Of a stretch of DNA of 62,378 nucleotides, positions 29,901-37,985 are shown piece by piece. The stretch is taken from IMG/VR virus record IMGVR_UViG_3300044723_005436, positions 1-62,378 of that record. One strand, 5' to 3'. Every line of letters starts with the position of its first letter. Position 1 is the first letter of the stretch. Position numbers and translations under genes: made by a program. The notes beneath the pieces were generated by a model. That model was given only the letters and a program-made list of their open reading frames with translations, was not told the origin of the DNA and did no database searches. The DNA comes from a virus (Duplodnaviria > Caudoviricetes).

Positions 29901-32900
29901 TGGAAGCAGCATTGATGTTTACGAATGGATTGAAAGTACAACACCTCCTAGTCAGTACACAGGTGAAGGCACAGTAAAAGACACAACACAGTTTAACACT
30001 GCAAACGTGTATGACAGTAGATCAGACAGCACACAAACACGCTACTACTTCTGGGTTAAGGACATTACAAGTGTTCCTGTAGAAGCAGAATTTAGAACTA
30101 TTAGTGCAGACAGTGTGCGTAGCCTGATTGAAGATCCTAAAGCAGCAGGATTGCCGCACATTGCATTCTTAGACACAGATGCAGTAGCACTGTATAACTG
30201 TAAGCAGTATTTTGCAGACAGAGACACAGTATTGAGCATTAATTATGATGTAGTTAAAAACGAAGGCATACTGCACAGCGAGTTTGAACTGTATGGCAGA
30301 GGCAACGTTGACCAAGCAATCCCAACAAGAATGTATACAAAACTTGTTGACAGTTTGGCAGGCAGCGACAGCGTTGGCAACTTAGTTCCAGATCCGTTCT
30401 TGAGTGAAGTTGAAAAGTACGGTGTACTTACACAACCACGCCAAGGTATGTTTGTTAACCGTGCTGCAGCACTTAAAGTATTAACACAGTATACTAACAG
30501 TGTTCTTGTAAAAGCACCGTTTGCTAGAAACAGTAGTCTAACAAAACTATTAAGCAGTGAGAATATTCCAACAGTTAACAGCGGCGAGTACAACACCAGT
30601 GTTGACTCAGTACAAGAAAGAGACTTCTTAAACACTGCTATCCTAAGCACAGGCTATAAAGTGCTTGTGCTTGAAGATGAAAATCGCAGTAACTACTGGA
30701 CTATCTACACACTACAAGCAGACAAAAGTTGGCAGCTAACAAATATTCAGGCTTATAATACTTCAGATTATTGGGACTATGCAACTTACTATGCAACAGA
30801 ATATGATGTAACAACTGTTCCAAAATATCAGGTAACACTAGAAGCAGACTTACTGACACTCACTGATTCAGTAACAGGCGACATTGCTAAAGTAACCAGC
30901 AACGATGAAGGCAACTTCAGTATGTTTGCTAAGACTGACGCAGGCTGGGATGAAGTTATTATTGAACGCGGTACACTACAGTTTAATGCAAGTTTGTATA
31001 GTTTTGCCACTGCTAACAGTAACTTTGAAGCAACAGGCTTTGACAATGACGGCTTTGACTTTGCTGCATTTGACAAAGTACCTGCACAAGAGATTAGACA
31101 AATTGTGGATGCTCTTAAAACAGATGTATTTGTCGGTGATTATGAAATAAACATGAATGAATTGTTCTTCCGTTTAATGGAGTATGCACTTAACGAAAAT
31201 AACTTCAGCCAAGACTGGTTGTTTAAGACATCATTTATTACAGTTGCGCACAAGATTCGCAGTTTGGATCAGTACAATACATTTAAGTTTGACAACACAA
31301 ACTTTATTGAAGACTTTATTAATGAAGTAAAGCCTTACAAAACTAAGATCCGTGAGTATGTCAGCAAGTATGATAAAGTGGACACTTATGGCAGTGACAC
31401 TACAGACTTTGATGTGCATGCATACTATGATGAAGGACTACAATATTTCCGTAAGCCAAGTGGCGAGCGTAGCGGTGATGAGATACTACAAACACAAGGT
31501 CTTAACAAGCCCTGGAGTGAGAACTATGGTTATAGACTAGACAGTATCCAGATTGTAAATGCTGGTACTGGTTACATCACAGACCCAACAATAACTATTA
31601 GCGCACCGCAACTAGCAGGCGGAGTACAAGCAGTTGCAGTTGCTAAGACAAATGGCGATGCTATTATTAGCATTACAATGACAAACAAAGGCAGCGGTTA
31701 TACTCAAGAGCCAACTATTACAGTTACTGGCAGCGGAACAGGTATACTGGTAAGTCCGAGAATTGTAAACAATACTGTAAGAAGTTTTGATACTACTTTA
31801 AAGTTTGACCGTATTACATATACAAGTAGCGTTAAGGATTGGGCAGCAACTACAGCGTACACAGCAGGCGATATCATTGCTTATCAAAACACTGTAGCTG
31901 GAACGCAGGAAGTATATGATTGTGTATTATCATTTACAAGTGGTGCAACATTCAGTGTTGAAAATGTAGGCGGCAATACTGTTTTAACAGTTAAACCTGA
32001 TGCAGAGTTTACCAATACTGCAGACAGAATTGCTGCTTACTACTACCCAACCAGTGGAATGATTGGCGATGACTTAGAGTTATTGCAAAAAGGCACAGGG
32101 TATATGGGCACTAAAGTTGATGGCCCTAACTTTGATCAAGATCCTGGCTTTGATAGTGCAAACTTTGATGTTATTGGCTTTGACAACTTTGAGATTGACA
32201 GCGACGGACTCGCAGTTCTTGCAGGACTTGATACTATCTTTAGAGGTGTCGACTTTGGTCAGCCGGGCTATGAAGGTGATGAATTTGTTGCACCGGGATA
32301 TGCAGCATTAGGATATATACAAGATTTAGATTTAGGCATTGATCCTGTTAGTATACAAGTTGACGGCGCAGGATTTGTTGACACTTACAATAGTCATGCT
32401 CCTGAAGAACTGATCCCGGGCAGAGTGTATGATACACTTGATATGGAAGTGTATACACATGCAAGCAACGATTTTGAAGCAGATGGCAACGCAATGGAAA
32501 TTCGCTACACCAGCTTCACTGACACTACAGGATTAGTAACAGACTTCCAGTATGGCGACCCAGCAAAGAGCAAAGACGATTTTGAATACTTGATCGTATA
32601 CAAGAATGCACAGCGTCAATATAGTTTCACTACAAACTATAATACTAAAACTATTACATTGCCAAGCGCACTTGCTGCAACAGACATACTTCATGTATAT
32701 GCATATGGTGTTACTGGTGAAAAGATGGTAGGTGAGTATACCTACGAAGGCGACGGCACAACTGTATCGTTTGTATTGAGTAATATTCCAAGTCTTACAC
32801 AGCAAAGTTTGGTGTTTGTAGATGGCGTAGAATCAAATCCAACAGTTGGTGAGCAGGATGACAGAACAGTTATTACCTTTGCTACACCACCAGTAGATGG

Positions 32901-34287
32901 AGCACACATCCATGTGTTTACGTTTAATCAAGCAACAACTAGAGATGCACCAAGTAAGATTAAACTGCAAACACCAACACTAACCGCAGGCACATACACA
33001 TATAGTTTAGATAATACTGTAAACTATGCACAGCCTTATAGTGCAAACACAGTTGTTGAAATCGACGATGTAAGACTTCGTCCAGCAAACAGCAAATATC
33101 ATGCTGCAGATGGTTCGACTGTGCAGTTTAACATTGCAACAACAGCAGGTGAAACCGTAATTGTCAACCCAGGTGACATTGGTGTTGCAGTTATACAACG
33201 TGCAACAAACACAACATTAAATGCTGTTCGTAACGTAGACTATACCGCAGTAGCAGGTGATGCATTTATTACTATGCTCACAGCACCAGCAGATGGCGAT
33301 ACAGTTATTGTATACAATCGTGCAAGTGCAGAATATACAATTAGTGGCGATGGCACAGAGATTACTATTGATGGCGGCGTAAGTTTCACAAGTTCAAGTG
33401 TAATGCGTGTTAACACATTTGCTAATCACGATCCACTGCGCATGCAAACAATTGTGCATGTTGGACAGGGCACAGGATCAACCACAGTTATTGACGAGTT
33501 TGACGAAGTTGGATTTGACAGTGCTGCATTTGACCGTAGTAGTGTTGTTGGTACAGTTGGTACATATGACCTAGATAGAACAGTTACTAACGTAAACAAC
33601 TTCTGGGTAACAGTGGATGGCGCAAGACTACACCCAGGTGATTATATTACTAACGGGACAAGTATACAAATGAGCCTTGCAACACAAGCAACTATTACTG
33701 GTACCAGTGTTGTTGTAGTAACGCATATAAGTGAAAATCAGATACAACCAAGTGTTGGATTTAGAATCTTCCAGGATATGAACGGCAATGTTGAATATCT
33801 GAGAATGTGTAAAGATGCAACAACAAGTGTTACTCAACAAGCAGTTGTTTCAGATACAAAAATTTATGTTAAAGATGCAAGTGTTCTTCCACTAATAGAC
33901 GGAAATAGTGAATACCCTGGTGTTGTGTTTATTGGCGGCGAGCGTATTACCTATTGGGAAATTAATACAACAGACAACTATATTACTAAACTACGCAGAG
34001 GAACACTGGGAACTGCAGTTGTGCAGCGCATTACACCAGGCTACTTGGTAGTAGATGGTGGTAAAGATCAAACTTTACCAGCAACAAACACACATACTAA
34101 TACATGGTACGATGCAGGCGTTGGCACTGCAGCAGATGGCTTGGGAATACAGCAAAGTTCAACTGTAAATGCTAACTTCTTAAAAGCATGTGAAGCAGAA
34201 GTACCAAACTATAGACTAGAGCTAAACGACAGATACTTTGTACAACCTGGATATGTAGAAGAAGACTACATTGAGGTACTACCATAA
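20938..34287 (+). CDS. Giant (4449 aa) baseplate wedge/virion protein in the gp7 position, with FG-GAP-like propeller repeats
   Basis: Uninterrupted 13.3-kb ORF coupled to gp6 (TAATG); repeats such as 'FGxSxA...IGAP'; 'EVKPYKTKIRE'; beta-rich modules. Confidence 0.75.
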   Translation: MALRKSQVLLPDVFQTVKNNKFLNATVDQLISEPNQQRVNSFIGRKFAPNFTVGDSYVQEIGADRQNYQLEPAVVYRAPNKQIESLTGYIDFVNQLRYNNVNVNTHSDLFDQEYYNYSGFADLDKLVNYGEYFWLPSGPDSVQVFNSTVDTERDYTIYRDGTSYRSVTFDEVNWDTDGFDKLTSDIIAGDPVYRFDSTTADPNATITLARGGVYTFRVRQPGIPFWIQTEPGLSGISSYSSSTSTREVLGVTNNGEDDGTITFTVPKTNAQNEKINATQAANPDFATILTYKQIHNVPLQTLLDTYGGIDKQTEIDGKSLVFVNLTTDETAWDQGAPFDGYGFDDPDNPWDETTTLPIETRYDIYDIAVNNVGGVNTVQLTRSTDWPAKQKVKIKQGDQYGNREFYKDASGYPELIEPYTAGVDTLYYQDGADALRFGKIKLVDIDTVAVIDVEDDILGKQTFTSANGVKFTNGLKVEFNSDITPSTYADREYFVEGVGQPQGITLTPVDEMLTPETYTNSTSDGFDTVAYDAGGWDGTLNAPIDQDYIVINRSSPDRNAWSRGNRWFHREVIEATATYNNYTADIDDAARAKRPIVEFHSGLELFNMGTSSVTPVTVVDVTQTDALSNVNGTLGYFADGIDLQQDNTVIFSADTDADVRNKIYRVDFIDQDSDAVTGEIINLVAIGTVVDGNCVLSTLGANNQGKQYWLNGTTWTAAQQKTALNQDPLFAVYDPDHVSFADTTKYPSSNFVGSKLFSYKRNNNASPDTVLNFGLTYKNFNTLGDIVFDNNFDSDKFQYTKSSGNTNIIVRSGHTHQFDRSGNRSLLNGWTKTVESSTQYQIVSYDVNSELYSFEIGASVDTTKIRQPLQVFVNGKFKYPTEYTHLIQGDREYVVFTTALAVNDTVTIKFFSNTKAANSFYEVPDNLERNAGNATFATLTLGQMRNHTVEISQQIKTFAGVAPGKSNIRDVNYRAYPGNILQHSAGMILPMYALTNKTANTIDSIKYVKNEYTKFKNKFIDNIDKLDLDLTNPSKCVDDILTHMAGKKTSSFPFYYSDMLPWGTQKSQLVYTIDDAAETEFEFNTQFDLTAISNRGVLVYHTPVSTGVANLLVEGKDYAFDTVEAKVTLTATNLGVARIGLAVNDKITIVEYTETNGSFVPPTPTKLGLWYKFIPAIFTDNTYATPKTVVEGHDGSIWVGWDDIRDNVLLELEKRIYNNIKTQYNKDLFDYAEVVPGYFRSTLNDLSEANNITRSYYGEWALRNKVKTAPNTTVDPNNGFTWNYRNSVEKINGTRIPGYWRSIYRWFYDTDTPHTTPWEMLGLSSKPNWWDERYGVAPYTQGNTVLWENLRDGMLYSDATGTSYTTDTKRQRPNLMSIIPVDAQGNLKAPADFLVQDATQTNVSDDWVYSDGSPAETAWRRSSEYPFVLQILAATIKPAKYGTLMFDTNMYENNAQYDQILQKNKSYRPGIADYQMHGQSDENNGIVRVEGYNQFISEFIRFSGYGIDDAITKINNLELNLCYGMAGFTDKKFLKVVAESVTPSSQSENIFIPDEDLSVYTKKSLPLERVVYSGVQIIQRSGGYEIQGYDIENPFFKIVPSISANQPKEIRVGETVLFEYTDFENKIINIPYGTVIQSKQQVFDFLVAYQRYLLSRGFVFDGTTGVGEKNDFVTAGAEFAFWTEQKWSEGSVIVLSPYYDTLVVNRAFATVDDLTSGGLKDANNAVINPRYYDVSRTDNAVEIRIDTDNTNLYAAQLDPIQHEHVLVFNNTTIFNDIIYQPELGNRHSRLKLIGTKSGDWNGTLHAPGFFINEDVINVWQQYEDYKKGDLVSFNGKTYVAKYSIDGSSVFNYNDWILADNIQTGLVKNLANKAGQFKNFFELDNLNLEDGVDKLGKGIIGFNNKDYLQGLGLDDVSQVKFYQGMLKQKGTGAAINKLIDAELTNLDQSIDYFEEWAFRVGEYGSIDSNQVIETIIPEQEAANNPFVLHFHAAGELPGGTDIGHYHVQEKDLYKTPNNYTGNVFAARDANSLTLNDLDSAGYARLDDVDFTVFSGDELEALSSRISELGKGKKIWVATDNTNTWGMRRIDETLSTVISVESATNGFLIYTTDRNHGLVEDDYVIVRAAQPIGKVAKVAGTPSPNKFVIADATTEADIQDVRIPMYKLSSVRFAQPSDLSTYTPVSGWDNKELVWIDANNDGNWQVLQNARPWTTTGTKTASPINADDLYGSSIAINSNSTIALVGAPANGSGTVVPYVRSEGGILIEGNNISSATIGDSLDSFGASLAIATDYAIIGAPDTQSGVGAAFVYFIDSTGTFNRRPAIRPSTISSSHLFGTSMAMSGDGRYLFIGAPGGNTVYVYTLIDLAAADERTFTITTTGSATYTLDFTPVNLNALNIVDENGKVYLPTKDFTLSGADITFTSTPASSLQIVVRQQDYFRELGNYTSGSGDFGHSIDCDHTGKRVIIGAPAATIDGKANSGEAYLYAQYAEKFVADGATKAYTTTNTLQTKIYVEVNGVLQIETDNPDVPTDNDGSTDGYYTRSSNTITFKYTPTAGDIIQVYTGTFTQMQQIDQLDLDDETNGEEQFGISVAIDTKGSVIAIGSPGEDETNPNTGSVFILQDAGKNYASVTSKEGSGYSVTAGHTLFVDDREVTISSTSSDAADLAQDIIDAAIPGVTASKNSGDQLVITTTNTELYNKLSVMPGTGTSFQSGAIVDPFKLTQKVSHPQAYENENFGQTVAFDKHVHVGTSQYSDTRNLVVASDRASTLLATGFDIETNTNSEQYLEATTTFDESGTTFTDRRTQSGAVYVYELLNSNTPTLANPSKMVFGQQLKSTNILELDQFGSAVAYSDNRIMVGAPNDTTNYANSGSVYEFNNNARAGSWNVLRSEGTRVDVSQINRVALYNKKQGEVKVFLDYIDPAKGKIAGVAQAELSYVSHNDPALYNNLWNYKYKNRLWWDTSTVHYLNPEQGDIDFRTAYWGVAFPGSSIDVYEWIESTTPPSQYTGEGTVKDTTQFNTANVYDSRSDSTQTRYYFWVKDITSVPVEAEFRTISADSVRSLIEDPKAAGLPHIAFLDTDAVALYNCKQYFADRDTVLSINYDVVKNEGILHSEFELYGRGNVDQAIPTRMYTKLVDSLAGSDSVGNLVPDPFLSEVEKYGVLTQPRQGMFVNRAAALKVLTQYTNSVLVKAPFARNSSLTKLLSSENIPTVNSGEYNTSVDSVQERDFLNTAILSTGYKVLVLEDENRSNYWTIYTLQADKSWQLTNIQAYNTSDYWDYATYYATEYDVTTVPKYQVTLEADLLTLTDSVTGDIAKVTSNDEGNFSMFAKTDAGWDEVIIERGTLQFNASLYSFATANSNFEATGFDNDGFDFAAFDKVPAQEIRQIVDALKTDVFVGDYEINMNELFFRLMEYALNENNFSQDWLFKTSFITVAHKIRSLDQYNTFKFDNTNFIEDFINEVKPYKTKIREYVSKYDKVDTYGSDTTDFDVHAYYDEGLQYFRKPSGERSGDEILQTQGLNKPWSENYGYRLDSIQIVNAGTGYITDPTITISAPQLAGGVQAVAVAKTNGDAIISITMTNKGSGYTQEPTITVTGSGTGILVSPRIVNNTVRSFDTTLKFDRITYTSSVKDWAATTAYTAGDIIAYQNTVAGTQEVYDCVLSFTSGATFSVENVGGNTVLTVKPDAEFTNTADRIAAYYYPTSGMIGDDLELLQKGTGYMGTKVDGPNFDQDPGFDSANFDVIGFDNFEIDSDGLAVLAGLDTIFRGVDFGQPGYEGDEFVAPGYAALGYIQDLDLGIDPVSIQVDGAGFVDTYNSHAPEELIPGRVYDTLDMEVYTHASNDFEADGNAMEIRYTSFTDTTGLVTDFQYGDPAKSKDDFEYLIVYKNAQRQYSFTTNYNTKTITLPSALAATDILHVYAYGVTGEKMVGEYTYEGDGTTVSFVLSNIPSLTQQSLVFVDGVESNPTVGEQDDRTVITFATPPVDGAHIHVFTFNQATTRDAPSKIKLQTPTLTAGTYTYSLDNTVNYAQPYSANTVVEIDDVRLRPANSKYHAADGSTVQFNIATTAGETVIVNPGDIGVAVIQRATNTTLNAVRNVDYTAVAGDAFITMLTAPADGDTVIVYNRASAEYTISGDGTEITIDGGVSFTSSSVMRVNTFANHDPLRMQTIVHVGQGTGSTTVIDEFDEVGFDSAAFDRSSVVGTVGTYDLDRTVTNVNNFWVTVDGARLHPGDYITNGTSIQMSLATQATITGTSVVVVTHISENQIQPSVGFRIFQDMNGNVEYLRMCKDATTSVTQQAVVSDTKIYVKDASVLPLIDGNSEYPGVVFIGGERITYWEINTTDNYITKLRRGTLGTAVVQRITPGYLVVDGGKDQTLPATNTHTNTWYDAGVGTAADGLGIQQSSTVNANFLKACEAEVPNYRLELNDRYFVQPGYVEEDYIEVLP

Positions 34288-34292
34288 TGGTT

Positions 34293-34300
34293 GATAAATA
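34293..34300 (+). promoter_or_regulatory. Late-promoter-like GATAAATA
   Basis: Intergenic, upstream of the GAGG RBS of the tail fibre gene. Confidence 0.5.
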
Positions 34301-34342
34301 TCGTATAATGTTTACATTAAATGCACTTGAGGATGAGAAAAA

Positions 34343-37255
34343 ATGACAATTACACTTAGAGCCAATAAAAGCCAGGCACTTACATTTACTGAATTGGATG
34401 GTAACTTTACTGACTTAGACGGTAGAGTAGATACTCTAGAAACCAACTACATTAAAAGTGTAAACAGTGTTACACCAAACGCTAGTAATGAACTTACTAT
34501 TACAACTACTAACATTGCAGAAGGCACCAACTTATATTATACAGATGCTAGAGCAAGAGCAAGTATTAGTGTAACAGACAGCGGCGGCGATGGTAGTTTA
34601 GCATATAATAGCAGTACAGGTGTTATTACATATGTAGGACCAAGTGCAGCAGAAGTTAGAGCACATTTTAGTGCAGGTGATGGTATTACTCTAGCTAGTG
34701 GTGTAATCAGTGTTGGTGCTGGACAAATTAAAGAAAGTATGATCGATTTTGGTGGCGGCGCTGGTGAAGTTGATACAGACAATGTTCCAGAAGGTGCTAC
34801 TAACCTTTACTATACAGATGCAAGAGTGCTAACAAAAATTAACGCAACTAGTATTACTCAACTTAGTGATGTTGACACAACAAGTGTAACACCAAATGCA
34901 AACGATGTTTTGACTTGGAACGCAGTTGATGGCGAATGGGAGCCAGCAGTTGCTCCTGGAGCATCGGGCGGTGAAGCAAACACTGGTAGTAGCCTAGGAT
35001 CAGGCAGTGGAATTTTCAAATCAAAAGTTGGCACAGATCTACAGTTTAGAAGTGTTATTGGTTCAAGTCCGATTGTTGCTACAGAAAACTCAAACGATGT
35101 AACGCTTACATTTGCACCTAGTGCAGACTTAGATGTAAACACACAAAAGATTATTAATGTTGTAGATCCAACAAGCGCACAGGATGCTGCTACAAAAGCA
35201 TATGTTGACGGCAGAGTAAGCAGCGGTGTATCAATTCTAACATTTGATGGCGATACAGGCAGCGACACAATTGCAATTCAAGATACAGTTACTTTTAGTG
35301 GAACTGCTAATGAAATTGAAACTAATGTTGCAAGTAATGTAGTTACTATTGGTCTACCAAGCAATGTAACTGTTAGCAACAACTTAACCGTTGGCGGTGA
35401 CTTAACAGTTACAGGCAACACAATTACAACTGGTGCAACTAATTTGAGCATTGCTGATCAGTATGTATATTTGAATACAGGTGATGCGATCGGTGAAGCG
35501 GGAACTAACTTTACAGGCAGTGGTTTAGATGATGCTGTGTTCCATGGTTATTTTGAAGGCACTACTACAACAAATTATTATGTGCGTATTGACTCAACAG
35601 GTACTCCAGATACATTTGAATGGAGTAAAGACAACTTTAGTACAACAGAAGCAACAGGCGTAGCAATTACAGGTGCAGAGCAAGCACTGGATAACAACAT
35701 TACTATTGAGTTTCTTGCAACAACCGGGCATACATTGAATGATGTATGGGATGGATCTGCAAGTCCTATTGCACAGGATGCAGGTTTCTGGGCTAACGAA
35801 AACAACGGCGCCGGCGCATATGGATATACACATGTTGGTCTCTACTGGGATCAAAGTGATAGAACTTGGAAAGCGGTTAGTAGATACAATGCAGAACCTG
35901 CAGGTAATATTAATACAGGCGATGCTAGTTTTGAACTTAGTAGATTTGAAGCAGGTGAATTTATTAGTGGATCACTGGTTATTAGTGGCACAGAAATTAA
36001 AACAACTGTAAGTAACCAAAGTTTAGAACTTGCAGCAAACGGCACTGGTGTTATTGATTTGCAGAGCAGTACTGATGTTACAGGTGATGTTACTCTTAAA
36101 GCACAAAGCGATTTGCGTTTTGCAGATGCAGACAGTAGCAACTGGGTTGCGTTCCAGGCACCGGCAACAGTTGCAAGTAATGTAACTTGGACACTGCCAG
36201 CAGCAGATGCAGGCACAAGTGGCTTTGCACTGGTAAGTGATGCAGCAGGTACGCTAAGTTGGGCTGCAGCAGGTGCAACAACCACAAGTGATACAACAAC
36301 AAACGCTGAAGAACAAATATACTTTGGTGATATCACTAGTGGTGCTGTTACAGCAATGCACCATGACGCAGACTTTACATACAATCCAAGCACAGGATCA
36401 TTGTCAGCAGATGTATTCATTGGCGCATTGACTGGTAATGCTGATACCGCAACAACAGCAAGCGGTGTTACAGCAAACAGTGTAGCACTTGGTACAGATA
36501 CAACTGGTAACTATGTTGCTATTGGACAAACCACTGGCGTTGGACTTAGTGGCAGCACAAGCAGCGAAACAGCAACCTTTACAGTAACAAGTAATGCTAC
36601 AGATGCAAACACAGGTAGCACTATTGTTGCTCGTGATGCCAGCGGCAACTTTAGTGCAGGTACTATTACTGCAGCACTAAGTGGTAATGCAACCACAGCA
36701 ACAAGTGCTACCGATGCAACAAACGCAGCCAATGTTGCTATTACAGATAATACAAGCACAAACGCAACTTATTATCTACACTTTGGTAGTGCAAGTACTG
36801 GCAATGATGGTGTAGAAGTTGATACTACAACGCTAACATACAATCCAAGCAGTGGTACACTAACAACTGGTATTTTCTCAGGTACAGCAACAAGCGCACA
36901 ATACGCTGACTTGGCTGAGATTTATGTTGCAGATCAAGAACTAGCACCAGGCACGGTAGTAGTAGTTGGCGGCGAAGCAGAAATTACAGCAGCAGGACCA
37001 GATGATGAATATATTGCAGGTGTTATTTCAACTGCGCCAGCATACTTAATGAACAGTGCAGTAGACGGCGAAGCAGTTGCACTAGTAGGTCGTGTTCCAG
37101 TGCGTGTTGTAGGCGGCGTAAATAAAGGCGAAGCAGTTTTCGCAACACACAATGGTAAAGCAAGTACTAACGGACAAGGAAAAATTGTTGGAATCGCATT
37201 AGAAACAAATAGCGATTTAGGCGAAAAGAATGTAGAATGTATGCTTAAGGTATAA
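34343..37255 (+). CDS. Tail fibre protein with C-terminal chaperone/autocleavage-like domain
   Basis: N-terminal 'LTFTELDGNF', two 'EG(A)TNLYYTDAR' repeats, 'DAATKAYVD', Thr/Ala/Gly-rich body, C-terminal 'AQYADLAE...GRVPVRVVG' module. Confidence 0.75.
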   Translation: MTITLRANKSQALTFTELDGNFTDLDGRVDTLETNYIKSVNSVTPNASNELTITTTNIAEGTNLYYTDARARASISVTDSGGDGSLAYNSSTGVITYVGPSAAEVRAHFSAGDGITLASGVISVGAGQIKESMIDFGGGAGEVDTDNVPEGATNLYYTDARVLTKINATSITQLSDVDTTSVTPNANDVLTWNAVDGEWEPAVAPGASGGEANTGSSLGSGSGIFKSKVGTDLQFRSVIGSSPIVATENSNDVTLTFAPSADLDVNTQKIINVVDPTSAQDAATKAYVDGRVSSGVSILTFDGDTGSDTIAIQDTVTFSGTANEIETNVASNVVTIGLPSNVTVSNNLTVGGDLTVTGNTITTGATNLSIADQYVYLNTGDAIGEAGTNFTGSGLDDAVFHGYFEGTTTTNYYVRIDSTGTPDTFEWSKDNFSTTEATGVAITGAEQALDNNITIEFLATTGHTLNDVWDGSASPIAQDAGFWANENNGAGAYGYTHVGLYWDQSDRTWKAVSRYNAEPAGNINTGDASFELSRFEAGEFISGSLVISGTEIKTTVSNQSLELAANGTGVIDLQSSTDVTGDVTLKAQSDLRFADADSSNWVAFQAPATVASNVTWTLPAADAGTSGFALVSDAAGTLSWAAAGATTTSDTTTNAEEQIYFGDITSGAVTAMHHDADFTYNPSTGSLSADVFIGALTGNADTATTASGVTANSVALGTDTTGNYVAIGQTTGVGLSGSTSSETATFTVTSNATDANTGSTIVARDASGNFSAGTITAALSGNATTATSATDATNAANVAITDNTSTNATYYLHFGSASTGNDGVEVDTTTLTYNPSSGTLTTGIFSGTATSAQYADLAEIYVADQELAPGTVVVVGGEAEITAAGPDDEYIAGVISTAPAYLMNSAVDGEAVALVGRVPVRVVGGVNKGEAVFATHNGKASTNGQGKIVGIALETNSDLGEKNVECMLKV

Positions 37256-37258
37256 ACT

Positions 37259-37924
37259 ATGGAAAAGAAAAACATGAACAAAGACGATATCGAACAACCA
37301 CAACAGCCCGAAAGTGCTATTAAAGATACTAGTGGCGTAATGATGGAAGGTCACATTCGTATCTTTGATCCAGAAACAGGTGAAGATTATGTGAACAAGC
37401 GTAATGCTATTCACTATGAGAACATGAGTGAAGCACTTGCGCTAAGTGTAGCAAACAAAACAAATGGATTTATTCATGAGATGGCGTTTGGCAATGGTGG
37501 TACTAGTGTTGATCCAACAGGTGTTATTACATACTTGCCTGCTAATAGTAGCGGTGCAAACGCTAACCTTTACAACCAAACATACTATAAAGTTGTAGAT
37601 GATAACAGTAGTTTGAACACAGATACAGCAAGAAATAAACTTCAAGTAAGCCATACAGCAGGACAAATTTACACAGATATCATTGTAAGTTGTTTGTTGG
37701 ACTACGGTGAGCCAAACAGTCAAGCAGCATTTGATAACACAAGTAACTTCAATGACACATACACATTTGACGAGCTTGGATTGCGTAGCTGGACAGGCAC
37801 AGTTAACACGGGCAAATTACTAACACACGTTGTATTCCACCCGGTACAAAAAAGTCTAAACAGACTTATACAGATTGATTATACAGTTAGAATTCAAACA
37901 CTGACTAATCTTAGTAGCATATAA
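37259..37924 (+). CDS. Virion structural protein (baseplate/tail-collar type)
   Basis: 'MAFGNGG', 'FDELGL', 'LLTHVVFHPVQKSLNRLIQIDYTVRI'; sits among fibre genes. Confidence 0.6.
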   Translation: MEKKNMNKDDIEQPQQPESAIKDTSGVMMEGHIRIFDPETGEDYVNKRNAIHYENMSEALALSVANKTNGFIHEMAFGNGGTSVDPTGVITYLPANSSGANANLYNQTYYKVVDDNSSLNTDTARNKLQVSHTAGQIYTDIIVSCLLDYGEPNSQAAFDNTSNFNDTYTFDELGLRSWTGTVNTGKLLTHVVFHPVQKSLNRLIQIDYTVRIQTLTNLSSI

Positions 37925-37944
37925 TATACTAAGTTTATAAAGTG

Positions 37945-37952
37945 GATAAATA
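37945..37952 (+). promoter_or_regulatory. Late-promoter-like GATAAATA
   Basis: Intergenic, upstream of the GGAG RBS of ORF 37986. Confidence 0.5.
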
Positions 37953-37985
37953 ATACTAACGAACACAATGCGGAGCAGATAAAAA

